From an uncultured Gammaproteobacteria bacterium (lineage in GTDB: Bacteria; Patescibacteriota; Microgenomatia; Levybacterales; GWA1-39-11), in contig CAYYLC010000002.1 of assembly GCA_964472415.1 (NCBI GenBank), forward strand, positions 164,783 to 228,782: 64,000 bases of DNA. The letters run 5' to 3'. Below the pieces are notes generated by a model that searched no databases, was not told where the DNA came from, and worked only from the letters and a program-made list of their open reading frames with translations. Both the position numbers and the translations under genes were made by a program. This document shows positions 10,142-20,061 of this stretch, piece after piece. Each line of letters begins with the position of its first letter. The first letter of the stretch is position 1.

Positions 10142-11221
10142 TTATGACATTTGGGTTTGTTTGCCAAGAAGTGCAGTTTGTTCAACGAGCCTATTGGCAT
10201 ATCCGTATTCATTGTCATACCACGCAATGACTTTTACCATATTTCTGCCAACGACCTGCGTGAGAGACAAATCGACAATCGAAGAGTGTGGATTTCCAAC
10301 AATATCACTACTAACGATTGGGTCGGTAGTAGTTTCAAGAATGCCTTTATATTCATTCTCAGAAGCGTTTTTAAAGAGCTGGTTTATCTCTTCGGCAGTC
10401 GTTTCTTTTTTTAATAAAAGGGTAAAATCTGACAATGAGCCAACTGGCACCGGTACCCGAATAGCAAGTCCTGTAAATATTCCCTTAAGAGATGGAATTG
10501 CTTCTGCCGCTGCTTTTGTTGCACCTGTTGAAGTAGGAATGATGTTTGTTGCAGCAGTTCTAGCCCGACGATAGTCTTTGTGTCCTCCATCCTGAATTCT
10601 TTGGTCAGATGTATAGCCATGAATAGTTGTCATCATAACTTTTTCAATCCCGAAATTGTCCTCGAGGATTTTTGCTACAGGAGAAATGCAGTTTGTGGTA
10701 CACGAGGCATTATTTATAACTACGTCAGGAAAATCCTGGCCTGAGCTATTTGAATTTACTCCGAGGACATATGTAGGAACTGGTGTGTTTCCTTTGTAGG
10801 GGGCAGATAGGATTACTGATTTCGCGCCAGCAGTAATGTGAAGCATGAGGTCTTCATGTTTCGTGAATGCTCCAGTTGATTCAATTACGGTGTCAACTTG
10901 AAGATTTTTCCAAGGGAGGTTTTCTGGTTTTCTGTCAGCAAATATCGCAATTTCTTTATCATCGATAACCAACCAACCCAAAAATTCTGCAGAAGACTCT
11001 ATTTCGAGCGGTTTTTGTTCGGGAGTTTTTATAGAAAATGTGTGATTTTTTAGAACACCATAGTTGCTGTCATATTTGAGGAGATACATCCATCCTGCAA
11101 GGTCTGTACTTTTGCCAGCATTTATCGCAACAACTTCAATTTCTGAAGAATGGTTTTCAATAATAACGCGGTGCGCAACTCGCCCAATTCGTCCATATCC
11201 ATTTATCGCAACTCGTACCAT
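10142..11221 (-). CDS. gap: Glyceraldehyde-3-phosphate dehydrogenase
   Basis: N-terminal INGYGRIGR NAD-binding motif. Catalytic SCTTNC motif. 359 aa. Confidence 0.9.
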   Translation of the reverse strand: MVRVAINGYGRIGRVAHRVIIENHSSEIEVVAINAGKSTDLAGWMYLLKYDSNYGVLKNHTFSIKTPEQKPLEIESSAEFLGWLVIDDKEIAIFADRKPENLPWKNLQVDTVIESTGAFTKHEDLMLHITAGAKSVILSAPYKGNTPVPTYVLGVNSNSSGQDFPDVVINNASCTTNCISPVAKILEDNFGIEKVMMTTIHGYTSDQRIQDGGHKDYRRARTAATNIIPTSTGATKAAAEAIPSLKGIFTGLAIRVPVPVGSLSDFTLLLKKETTAEEINQLFKNASENEYKGILETTTDPIVSSDIVGNPHSSIVDLSLTQVVGRNMVKVIAWYDNEYGYANRLVEQTALLGKQTQMS

Positions 11222-11287
11222 CTATTCTAGAATATCAAAACTGCTTATAATTGCAAGATGTAAATATTTTTTTCAGGGAGGATTTGC

Positions 11288-11316
11288 TTGTTTTTTTAGC
11301 GTAATTTTGGTATTAT
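11288..11316 (+). promoter_or_regulatory. Putative sigma70 promoter for rpmH operon with extended -10 (TTGTTT-17-TGgTATTAT); rpmH mRNA likely leaderless
   Basis: -35-like TTGTTT at 11288-11293. TGg + TATTAT at 11308-11316. The ATG of rpmH at 11324 is about 7 nt past the -10, so there is no room for an SD. Confidence 0.4.
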
Positions 11317-11323
11317 CACACAC

Positions 11324-11455
11324 ATGCCAGAAATACTTACAAAGCCAAATAAGAGAAAAGCCAGCAAGAAGCACGGCTTTTTATCTCGCAATAAAACTCA
11401 TAGCGGGAGAGCAGTTCTTAAACGACGTCAGTTAAAGGGGAGAAAGGACATCTAG
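11324..11455 (+). CDS. rpmH: 50S ribosomal protein L34
   Basis: A 43-aa ORF, below the ORF-track length cutoff. Sequence [43 protein letters not shown] matches the basic L34 family pattern. It sits immediately upstream of rnpA-yidC-jag as in most bacteria. Confidence 0.8.
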   Translation: MPEILTKPNKRKASKKHGFLSRNKTHSGRAVLKRRQLKGRKDI

Positions 11456-11498
11456 AGCCCGAAAGTGTATAGGCGTAAATTGCGCGTGCACGATAGAA

Positions 11499-11813
11499 AT
11501 GTTTGAGAAAGAAAAGCGATTCTCTTTTAAGCAAGGGTTACCCAAAAAGGTGATTACGAGTCCTTACTTTACGCTTCGATTTGGGCTTGCAAAAGGCGAG
11601 ATGGGAACGAATGCAGTCGTTGTGAGTAAAAAAGTTTCAAAAAAAGCGGTTATTCGGAATAGAATAAAACGTAAAGTTGTCTCAAGTCTGAAGGAGACTC
11701 AGGATGAAAAGTTAGATAAATACGATTTGGTATTTTATATTAAGCCCCAGATAATTGAGGCTCACGAACAACAAGTCGATTTGGCAATACAAGAAAGTAT
11801 AAGAAAGATTTAA
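11499..11813 (+). CDS. rnpA: Ribonuclease P protein component
   Basis: 104 aa basic protein. Conserved RNR motif region (VIRNRIKRKV). Position between rpmH and yidC. Confidence 0.8.
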   Translation: MFEKEKRFSFKQGLPKKVITSPYFTLRFGLAKGEMGTNAVVVSKKVSKKAVIRNRIKRKVVSSLKETQDEKLDKYDLVFYIKPQIIEAHEQQVDLAIQESIRKI

Positions 11814-11814
11814 G

Positions 11815-12642
11815 ATGGATATTATATTTCAAATATTTGACCTCATTTTTAAGCAGCCTATCACCAATATTTTGCTCGGATTTTATCAACTTTTGTCATC
11901 TGTAGGATTACCATTTGCGCTTGGTTTTTCCATAATTCTCCTCACAATCTTTCTCAGAATTGTTCTATATCCATTCATGTCCACGCAAATTCGCTCAAGT
12001 AAGAAAATGCAGGAACTTGCCCCTGAAATGAAAAGCATTCGAGAGAAACACAAGGACCGCCAAAAGCAGCAAGAAATGATGATGAGGTTGTACAAGAAGC
12101 ACAATATCAATCCTGCAGCGGGTTGTCTGCCAGCAATTATTCAGCTCCCGATAATTTTTGCGTTATATCAAGTTATTACACAGATGGTGTCAATTGGTTC
12201 ATTTGAGATTTTTTCAGAAAAAGTGACCCCTCTTTTATATTTCGATTTCCTGAAGCCCGATCATCTATGGGATACAAAGTTTTTTGGAATTGAACTTGCG
12301 GTAAAGCCAATTGATCTATTAAACCAGGGTGCATTTTTAATAATTCTTATCCCACTTCTTACTGCAGCATCTCAAATGATACTTTCCAAGATGATGATGA
12401 ATAAAGTTGCGACTCCAAAAACTGATAAACCCGATGATTTTCAAACGACATTTATGAAGCAGTCACTCTTTATTTTTCCTATCATGATAGGATTTTTCTC
12501 CTTTACCCTTCCTACAGGGCTTTCTTTGTATTGGATTACGTTTACGTTATTTGGTATACTGCAGCAGTATTTATTAGTAGGATTTGGTGGACTTGTTCAA
12601 TGGATTCCGCAGCTTGCAAATTATGAAAGATATACAAAATAG
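11815..12642 (+). CDS. yidC: Membrane protein insertase YidC (short Oxa1-type)
   Basis: 275 aa with multiple TM helices. Conserved YidC core (LYPFMSTQIRSSKKMQELAPEMKSIREKHKDRQKQQEMMMRLYKKHNINPAAGCLP). Synteny with rnpA and jag. Confidence 0.85.
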   Translation: MDIIFQIFDLIFKQPITNILLGFYQLLSSVGLPFALGFSIILLTIFLRIVLYPFMSTQIRSSKKMQELAPEMKSIREKHKDRQKQQEMMMRLYKKHNINPAAGCLPAIIQLPIIFALYQVITQMVSIGSFEIFSEKVTPLLYFDFLKPDHLWDTKFFGIELAVKPIDLLNQGAFLIILIPLLTAASQMILSKMMMNKVATPKTDKPDDFQTTFMKQSLFIFPIMIGFFSFTLPTGLSLYWITFTLFGILQQYLLVGFGGLVQWIPQLANYERYTK

Positions 12643-13078
12643 CATACAAGAAGAGGCAAAGGCATTACTTGAATTACTCTCAATTCAAGCGACTGTTGCA
12701 GTGGAACCTGCTGAGGAAGAGTCGTTTCAGATAGTTATCGATGCGGGAGAAGAGAATGCATTTCTTATTGGGAAGCATGGGAATACTCTGGCGGCATTTG
12801 AGCTGATGTTGAAAATGATCGTTGCGCAAAAGATGGGAGAATATCACCAAATAGCAGTTGAGATTGGGAATTATAGAATCGAACGCGAAGAATATCTTGA
12901 AGGGCTTATTGGACGACTGAAAGAAGAAGTTGATGCAACTGGTAATGAAAAGCAAGTACGAGGATTGAAGCCATGGGAGCGCCGATTTGTTCATATGCTC
13001 CTAAAAGATGATAGTTCAGTATACTCTGAGTCGGAAGGCGAAGGACGCGATAGGGTTCTTGTTATTAAACGAAAATAG
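12623..13078 (+). CDS. Jag/KhpB RNA-binding protein (KH + R3H domains)
   Basis: KH-like GKHGNTLAAFELML. C-terminal R3H region. The ORF track starts at 12584; the in-frame ATG at 12623 (MKDIQNS...) reduces the overlap with yidC. Confidence 0.7.
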   Translation: MKDIQNSIQEEAKALLELLSIQATVAVEPAEEESFQIVIDAGEENAFLIGKHGNTLAAFELMLKMIVAQKMGEYHQIAVEIGNYRIEREEYLEGLIGRLKEEVDATGNEKQVRGLKPWERRFVHMLLKDDSSVYSESEGEGRDRVLVIKRK

Positions 13079-13093
13079 CTTGCCCGAGATTTC

Positions 13094-14362
13094 ATGGTGT
13101 ATTTACGACAGCTTGAGGGTATAGTTTTTTATCTTTCTCTTTTTTCCATTAGTTTACAGGTCGGTAAGCATTTTTGGCCCTCCTACGCCTTTGTAAGGGG
13201 TATCCGGCTTGATTATCTCTCCCCTACACTTTATCTAAGTGATATTTTTATTATTTCTTTACTTATTTTCGTTTTACTCCAGAGGCCTCAGAAATTATGG
13301 GACTCTTTTTCTCATACTCTCCTCTTCCCAGCCTTTTTTCTATCAGTATTTCTCTCTTCTATTTTTGCCTCAAACTTCGAAGCTGCAATCGTGTGGTGTT
13401 TGAGAATAGTGCTCGCTGTTTTTTTTGGGTGGTATGTGGGTAGATATGATTTTAAAAAGAACTTCGTGTTAGTGGTTGATACTTTAATGCTTGCGGGCAT
13501 TATGCAATCAAGTGTTGCATTTTTGCAATTTCTGTTTCAGAGGTCGCTAGGAGGATTTATGTATTTCTTTGGTGAACGATCATTTACTGGAGAAACAATC
13601 GGTGTTGCAACGTTTTTTTCAAATGGGAGAGAATTGTTGCGTCCATATGGGACATTCCCTCACCCTAATGTCCTTGCGTTTTTTCTTCTGATAGCACTTA
13701 TCTTAGGGATGCATTTTGTACTATATCAGAAGAGCTCTAGGCGAACATATGGGTATATTTTTTCTCTCATTATAATAATGCTCGGATTGCTCGTTACTGG
13801 CTCAAGGAGTGTTATTCTCGTAGCGATCTTTTTGTCAGGGGCGCTTTTTTTCAGAAAGAAAAAGCAATTAATATATGTGATTTTGACAATATTGATATTC
13901 GCCCCTCTCTATCTAGTCTCATTTTCTGGACGATTTTTTTCTATTCATTCACTGACAGAAGCAGTAGACGTGCGTGTGGATTTAATAATAAATACGTCGG
14001 AATTAATTTCTCAGAATATATTATTTGGAGCTGGCCCGAATAATACATTCTTTCTCTCCCAAGGAGATACTGTGCCAATCTCTGTACGTTTTCAGCCAGT
14101 TCATAATATGTATCTTCATGCAATAGCGCAATTAGGACTGTTGGGCCTAGTCGTAATGGCATTATTTTTGAAAAATATCTTCGTGAAGCTTCGATATGGT
14201 TTTTATCAGCGAGAGCAGTGGATATTCCCAATAACACTTCTTCTTTGCGGCTTATTTTTTGTGGGATTTTTTGATCACTTTTTTATAACTCTTCCCCAAG
14301 GACTTTTAATGAGTGCGCTATTGGTAGGACTTTTATATAACACCTCTATGGTGTCGGAGTAG
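13094..14362 (+). CDS. O-antigen ligase (Wzy_C)-like polytopic membrane protein
   Basis: 422 aa, about 10-12 TM helices, with a central GSRS loop typical of the Wzy_C/O-antigen ligase family. Confidence 0.5.
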   Translation: MVYLRQLEGIVFYLSLFSISLQVGKHFWPSYAFVRGIRLDYLSPTLYLSDIFIISLLIFVLLQRPQKLWDSFSHTLLFPAFFLSVFLSSIFASNFEAAIVWCLRIVLAVFFGWYVGRYDFKKNFVLVVDTLMLAGIMQSSVAFLQFLFQRSLGGFMYFFGERSFTGETIGVATFFSNGRELLRPYGTFPHPNVLAFFLLIALILGMHFVLYQKSSRRTYGYIFSLIIIMLGLLVTGSRSVILVAIFLSGALFFRKKKQLIYVILTILIFAPLYLVSFSGRFFSIHSLTEAVDVRVDLIINTSELISQNILFGAGPNNTFFLSQGDTVPISVRFQPVHNMYLHAIAQLGLLGLVVMALFLKNIFVKLRYGFYQREQWIFPITLLLCGLFFVGFFDHFFITLPQGLLMSALLVGLLYNTSMVSE

Positions 14363-16547
14363 GGCTTGGTGTGGTAGGCGGTGCGCAGGTTGTGCAATAT
14401 GTATCGCCAGTAGGATCAGTAATAATTTTTCCATCACGTTCTTCTACATTTTCTGTTTGGCCTTCCTGTGCGAGCGCGTTAGTAGTAGTATCGACGAATA
14501 TTTTAGTAAGTCCTGGATCTATATCATTGGGAACAGTTCCTTCGAGAAAATATTCTTGTTTGGTAGGGCAGCGATACGCAGATCCCTCAGGTTGGGGGCG
14601 AAGTCCGGAATCTGAGCAAATGATAGCAGTAATAACGCTTTCTGGTTGCTTGAGATCTTCAGGATCTGTGCCATTAAGAAGCGTGGTCATAATATCATTC
14701 CAGATAGGAGCAGCACCTGTTATGCCTGAGCTTACTCCACGAAGTGGCGTGTTGTCGTTATTCCCTACCCACACAGTTGCTACAAATGATGGTGTATAGC
14801 CAACAGTCCAGTTGTCTCTGTAGTCATTCGTTGTCCCTGTTTTGACAGATACGGGATAGTCGGGGATTCTGAGTGGAGAGTTTGCTCCAAAAGCAGGAGT
14901 TCGTGCTGCATTATCTTGGAGAATGTGTGAAATAATAAATGCGACTCCTTCAGGGATTACTTTATTGCCGGCCATAGGGCTTTTTGGAGCATTATATTCT
15001 TCAACTATTTTTCCTTTTGCATCTTCAATTTTCAGGATTGGTTGTAATGGGATTCGATACCCATAGTTTGCAAATACGCCAAATGCCTCAGTCATTTGAA
15101 GCATCGTCACCTCTCCTCCACCGAGGGTTAAAGAAAGGCCATAGCGCTCAGGATTGTCGGTAAATGAGCTAATACCCATGTCTTTGGCAACCTGTATCAT
15201 GTCAGAAACCGTGTTTAGCTGTAGCATTTTGACAGCAGGAATATTATAGGAGTTTGCTAGAGATTCTCGCATCTGCACTACTCCATGAAATGTTCCATCG
15301 TAGTTTCTCGGACAATATTGTCCGGAAGCACTGGGGAAGCAAATTCTGTCATCTACAAATGGTGTTGCGGTAGTGTATTTATTGATAAGCCCGGTTGCAT
15401 AGTTAATGGGCTTAATTGAAGATCCAGGTTGACGTTTTGCAATCGCAACATTTACATTTCCATCACGTTCTCTATCAAAATAATCTCTACTCCCTGCCAT
15501 AGCAAGGATTTCTCCTGTTCCGGGATTACTGACAACTGCTGCAGCGTTATACCAGTTTCTTTCAGAAAGCGCCGCGCCTTCTGTTGCAATTGCATCATCA
15601 ACAATTTTTTGTACATTTAAGTCAAGACTGGTGGTGATACTAAGTCCTCCTTGCTCTATCATTTTTTCACCATATTTTTGGGTAAGTAAGTCTTTTATGT
15701 AAAAAACAAAATGCGGAGCGAGGATTTCATCTCGAATTTCTGAGAATTCGAGTCCCTCTTGTAGCGCTTCTCGTTTTTGGTCTTCAGTAATGTACTCTTC
15801 TTCTTGCATAGCTCTGAGTACTGCTTCTTGGCGTTTTTTCCCCTCTTCAGGATGAGAGCCGAATGGTGAGTATCTGCTTGGTGCTTGTGGAAGCCCTGCA
15901 ATAAATGCTGCTTCTGCAAGGGTGAGCTCAGATGGCTTTTTGTCAAAATACACATGACTTGCTGCATCAACGCCGTATGCAGTCCCTCCAAATGCAACCT
16001 GATTTAAGTACATCTCAAGAATTTTGTCTTTCGAATAGATCGCTTCTACAATAAAAGAAAGAATTATTTCTTTTACTTTTCGCTCAATAGTCTGCTCAGG
16101 TGTTAAAAGCGAGCTTTTAACGAGCTGCTGGGTTATGGTGGAGCCTCCTTCTACTCGTTCTCCACGAAAATTTACCCATGCAGCTCGTGCAATCCCTTGG
16201 ATATCAATTGCTCCATGTCGATAAAAATTTCTGTCTTCAATTGCAATGGTTGCCTGTTGAAGTGTTTTCGGGATTTCATTTAGGGGGATAAGTGTTTGGT
16301 TGCGTCCCGTGTACATAGTGTAAAGGAGGGCTCCATTTCTATCAAAAATTTTACTTGACTGTGGTTTGCTATTTGAGCCAAGCTGGGTTGCGCTGGGAAT
16401 ATCCTTGAGAACAAAAAATACGATAAATATAAATAATGCAAGAGCTCCTATGATAAAAATAACAAAAACAGGGAGAATTATGAATCGGAATTTTCTACTT
16501 GAAAAAAATTTCGGGAACTTTTTTCGTTTCTTGTTCTGTTGTGTCAT
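14346..16547 (-). CDS. Class A penicillin-binding protein (second PBP1A-like paralog)
   Basis: GT51 motif QATIAIEDRNFYRHGAID. Transpeptidase motifs SSIK, SYN (ANSYN) and KTGTT. N-terminal TM segment. Pro/Thr-rich C-terminal tail (APPTTPSPTPTP). Confidence 0.85.
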   Translation of the reverse strand: MTQQNKKRKKFPKFFSSRKFRFIILPVFVIFIIGALALFIFIVFFVLKDIPSATQLGSNSKPQSSKIFDRNGALLYTMYTGRNQTLIPLNEIPKTLQQATIAIEDRNFYRHGAIDIQGIARAAWVNFRGERVEGGSTITQQLVKSSLLTPEQTIERKVKEIILSFIVEAIYSKDKILEMYLNQVAFGGTAYGVDAASHVYFDKKPSELTLAEAAFIAGLPQAPSRYSPFGSHPEEGKKRQEAVLRAMQEEEYITEDQKREALQEGLEFSEIRDEILAPHFVFYIKDLLTQKYGEKMIEQGGLSITTSLDLNVQKIVDDAIATEGAALSERNWYNAAAVVSNPGTGEILAMAGSRDYFDRERDGNVNVAIAKRQPGSSIKPINYATGLINKYTTATPFVDDRICFPSASGQYCPRNYDGTFHGVVQMRESLANSYNIPAVKMLQLNTVSDMIQVAKDMGISSFTDNPERYGLSLTLGGGEVTMLQMTEAFGVFANYGYRIPLQPILKIEDAKGKIVEEYNAPKSPMAGNKVIPEGVAFIISHILQDNAARTPAFGANSPLRIPDYPVSVKTGTTNDYRDNWTVGYTPSFVATVWVGNNDNTPLRGVSSGITGAAPIWNDIMTTLLNGTDPEDLKQPESVITAIICSDSGLRPQPEGSAYRCPTKQEYFLEGTVPNDIDPGLTKIFVDTTTNALAQEGQTENVEERDGKIITDPTGDTYCTTCAPPTTPSPTPTP

Positions 16548-16587
16548 AAGAACTTATTTGTAGTGAGAAACTATTATAGCAAATTAT

Positions 16588-17337
16588 TTATATTTGAAAG
16601 AATGTGCCTATGATGTAGGCAAGACATGCGGAAAGCCCTCCAATAAAAACAATTTCCATAATGGAGCGGATGAGTGATTGTGTGGTGACCTTCCAGCGCA
16701 CTACTCCCAGCAGGACGAGTGCACACAGGGTAAATAGGATAGAGATAGCAAATATATTTTCTGTAAGACCTAAGAATATATAAGGAAGAAGCGGCACTGC
16801 GCCAAATACAAGAAATGAGAGGAATGTAGAAAGACCGGCGAGTATTGGATTTTCGTGTTCTGGGTTGCTCATTTCGAGTTCATTTTGCATCATAAAATCA
16901 GCCCAATATTCTGAATTTTTTGCATAGAGCGCCGCCATGGTTTGAGCATCTTTTTTGCTATATCCTTTTTGCTGTAATATATAAAGAGTTTCACGCATTT
17001 CCTGCTTAGGGTTATTCTTTATCTCTTGAAGTTCTTTCTGGCGATGATTTCGATAAACATCTTTATCTGCAAGAATGGAAAGAATATTTCCAAGTCCCAT
17101 CGAGCTTGCGTCTGCAATGAGGTTTGCAAGGCCAAATAGTAGCACAATCATTATTGAAAATTCGGCGACACTTGCACTCTGTGCTCCTGAAAATCCCGCG
17201 ACAACGGCAAAAGTTGTTACAATTCCATCACTTCCTCCATATACAATTTCTCGGAGATATTCAGAAAATGCTGATTGTTTGTGTTCTTTTGCTACATGCT
17301 CTTCAAACTCTTCCTTTGTGTATTCCATATTAGTCAT
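16588..17337 (-). CDS. VIT1/CCC1 family iron/manganese transporter
   Basis: N-terminal cytoplasmic helical domain followed by YGGSDGIVTTFAVVAGFSGA and five TM helices. 249 aa. Confidence 0.7.
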   Translation of the reverse strand: MTNMEYTKEEFEEHVAKEHKQSAFSEYLREIVYGGSDGIVTTFAVVAGFSGAQSASVAEFSIMIVLLFGLANLIADASSMGLGNILSILADKDVYRNHRQKELQEIKNNPKQEMRETLYILQQKGYSKKDAQTMAALYAKNSEYWADFMMQNELEMSNPEHENPILAGLSTFLSFLVFGAVPLLPYIFLGLTENIFAISILFTLCALVLLGVVRWKVTTQSLIRSIMEIVFIGGLSACLAYIIGTFFQI

Positions 17338-17341
17338 TCTA

Positions 17342-19999
17342 TCACCCTTTTATAAATGCTGTGGTAAGTATTGTATCAGTCTTCAAATCATCCTCAAGAG
17401 TTACTATTCCATCTCCGAATGATCGAATACTCTCTCCTTTCGGGAGGTATGCAGGGGGGAATAGAAGATCGATATTTGTTGGAGTAGTTTGTGTTCCCGG
17501 CTGTTTTATAAGGGTAAGTGAATAGGTATTTTTTTTATCATCCAAAAACAATGTGGGATTGGTATAGGTAAAGCTAATGGTTACTATCTCTCCTTTGGGG
17601 ATAGTAACTACTGTTCCAAAAATTGTTTTTTGATAATCATCAGTTGTTTCTATCTCGAGGCTATTGGGATCCGGAGAAAAGTTTGCTAACTCATAGATTT
17701 TAGGATCTTGGATAGCAGAGATAGTCTTCTGCTCTTTTCCATTTAGGGCTACTTCTTGAAAGATGCTATTTTGTGGCACTATCAATCTGAGATATGTTTT
17801 GTAGTCATCTGTTTTGCTTGTATTTCTGAGTGTGAGATTGGCAGTAGAAAGCCGAGTGGTAAGATCTGCTTTGTAGGTAATACTCCGTGATACATCTTTA
17901 TTAGCCTTGTTGGTGCCAATATTTGCTTCATTAAAGCCAAGCGTATCATAGATTTTCTCATCATTCTGCTCTTTTCTATCCGGAATAGTTCCTGTGTAGT
18001 GTAGTGCAGAAAGTAATTTTTGTATTTCCTCTGCTTGGTAAGAAAGCAAAATATGTTTTTCGTCAAGCAGTTCAGGAAGTAGGAATGCGGTAGAAATGAA
18101 ATATTCAGGATTTTTTTCCATTTCCAGTGTAATACTTGTCATAAGTTCGTTTAAAACATCTCTTTTTTGAGTAGATCCAGGAAAGAAATCTTCCTCAATA
18201 GTTTTTTGAAGAAACTCCATGCTGTTGTCACTGGTTATTGTAAAGTCGTAATTTCTGAGCTTTATCGGTCCGGTTATCCCGAGAATTCTTTGGATAATGG
18301 TAAAATCCACTGCTATTACTCCATCTGGCGTATTCCCTGATTCGAGATTATAGATTCGGGCAGACATACTTGCAGAGCGCTCAAAATCAAGATCAAAATT
18401 ACTGTCACGAAGATAGAGGTGTGGTTGTAAATTCCGTCTTACAATATAATGCGGTTCAATATGTCGAGTAAGTTGTCCATCAAGCTCATATACATCTTGA
18501 ATTTTAAAATCTTTTACTCTCCCCTCCTCTACAATTAGTCTTCCAATAGAACCAATAAATCCGCCTGTTGGGCGGAGTTCGGCGTTATTCATAAATAGGA
18601 GTAAGTATTCCTTTTCACCGTTATATCCGAGGATTGTTGGTGCAACAGGCAAAAGACTTAAGATCTTTGTTGTTTGGGGAGTTAGGATATTTGAAATTGT
18701 TTGATTTTCTTGGCCGAGTAATATTCTTGATCCTACATGATACAGGTGCTGAGAATCCAGAAGAATATTTTCAAACGCTTCCTTCTCTATGCCTGCGCTG
18801 ACAGTATCTAGTTTTTCGATAAGGCTTGAAGAGGAGGTGGTCAGTTCTACAGTAGTTGTTACGAGATGGAGTGTTTCAGCGGTATTTTTGAGAGATGGAA
18901 AATAGGATAGTGCACTTTCTGTAACGAGTAGTGTGGGGAGTGGGACTGATAGGACACGTTTTGCAAGTACGCCATGATTTTTAGCTTTTACAAAATCATT
19001 ATTTTCAAATGCATGAATTGAGGATCGGAGAAAGAGGAATCCTGCAATGCCAAAAATAATATTTATCATTATAAAGAGTATGAGGCCTGAAAAAAGCGCG
19101 AGAGATATTGAGGGAGTAAATTTTAAAAATGAGAAGGAGGGAGGAGTGCGTTTTTTTCGCTTGGTTTTTTTATAAGAAGGAGCCTTTATGGTTGATACTC
19201 CGAGATGCTCTACTGCGTAGAGGAATCCTTTGAGATGATAATCGAGATGATAGATTTTTACCTGTAGTTTATTTTTTAAATTCTGCGTCATGGTGGACCG
19301 CTCTACAAATCGTTGAATAGGATGTTCATGGTTTATTTCCAGATCTATGTCTGGCTCTATGCGGTGTAATAAATGAATTGCAGAAAGGAGTGTTTCGGGA
19401 GCTTTATAAAAAAGATAGTAAAGCCCTTTGGGTTTTCGAGAAAACAGGAGTTGTTTAATTCCTGTTAAAAAATCTCGTTTTGAGATCGGAAAAATAGGAG
19501 AGAGGTCTTTTCCAGAAAGGCGAATTGTCCCCTTCCGCAATGCGATTCGGATAATTTTCAACAATTCGTTGTCTGAAGTATTCTCTTCAAGGATTGTGCC
19601 ATATAATGCGGGAATAATATTAGCCTCAGAGTTTATATGAAGGAGCACATCAGAGAACGATTCATAATTGTTTGCAGGAATAAGAATGAGGGATTTAGCA
19701 CGGTCCTGCTTTAATTTTTTGAACGTAGTTTCAAGATATTCCTTTTCTTGAATTGTCGACAAATGAATTACCGCATAGGATATTTTCTCAGAAAGATGCG
19801 GGAGAAGATGGAGATCAGAAGGTTTTATATGATAGATGTTGGAACTATCTTTTTTTGGAATAGGGTTTCCGACAAAAAGAATTGAAAGCTTCGAGGAGAG
19901 TTCGTCAAAGAGTGCTTCTTGGAGGAGTGTATTATTTGAAACAATAAGAAGAAGCGGTTTTTTGGAATCATAAACCTCTTCATGGAGCAGTTTTCGCAT
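17342..19999 (-). CDS. Large membrane-anchored protein: N-terminal cytoplasmic domain, one TM helix, extracytoplasmic DUF4012-like domain (tentative)
   Basis: 885 aa with a TM segment near residues 290-320. Conserved-looking RPTGGFIGSIGRL ... DGVIAVDF block. The family assignment is from memory and was not searched. Confidence 0.4.
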   Translation of the reverse strand: MRKLLHEEVYDSKKPLLLIVSNNTLLQEALFDELSSKLSILFVGNPIPKKDSSNIYHIKPSDLHLLPHLSEKISYAVIHLSTIQEKEYLETTFKKLKQDRAKSLILIPANNYESFSDVLLHINSEANIIPALYGTILEENTSDNELLKIIRIALRKGTIRLSGKDLSPIFPISKRDFLTGIKQLLFSRKPKGLYYLFYKAPETLLSAIHLLHRIEPDIDLEINHEHPIQRFVERSTMTQNLKNKLQVKIYHLDYHLKGFLYAVEHLGVSTIKAPSYKKTKRKKRTPPSFSFLKFTPSISLALFSGLILFIMINIIFGIAGFLFLRSSIHAFENNDFVKAKNHGVLAKRVLSVPLPTLLVTESALSYFPSLKNTAETLHLVTTTVELTTSSSSLIEKLDTVSAGIEKEAFENILLDSQHLYHVGSRILLGQENQTISNILTPQTTKILSLLPVAPTILGYNGEKEYLLLFMNNAELRPTGGFIGSIGRLIVEEGRVKDFKIQDVYELDGQLTRHIEPHYIVRRNLQPHLYLRDSNFDLDFERSASMSARIYNLESGNTPDGVIAVDFTIIQRILGITGPIKLRNYDFTITSDNSMEFLQKTIEEDFFPGSTQKRDVLNELMTSITLEMEKNPEYFISTAFLLPELLDEKHILLSYQAEEIQKLLSALHYTGTIPDRKEQNDEKIYDTLGFNEANIGTNKANKDVSRSITYKADLTTRLSTANLTLRNTSKTDDYKTYLRLIVPQNSIFQEVALNGKEQKTISAIQDPKIYELANFSPDPNSLEIETTDDYQKTIFGTVVTIPKGEIVTISFTYTNPTLFLDDKKNTYSLTLIKQPGTQTTPTNIDLLFPPAYLPKGESIRSFGDGIVTLEDDLKTDTILTTAFIKG

Positions 20000-20061
20000 G
20001 TAATCATTGTATGAAAAAACAGAAAAATTGTCGAGGAGAAATGAGCCTATGCGGGAATAAT

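Noticed and set aside
10125-10620. ORFs 10125-10574 (+), 10151-10414 (+) and 10411-10620 (-) within gap
   Set aside because: They are overlapping-frame or antisense ORFs of the well-supported GAPDH gene.
11222-11323. Possible oriC or DnaA-box cluster upstream of rpmH (the usual dnaA/oriC neighbourhood)
   Set aside because: dnaA is not adjacent; gap is upstream on the opposite strand. There is no good match to TTATNCACA. Only a near-miss TTATCACAC overlaps the -10 region.
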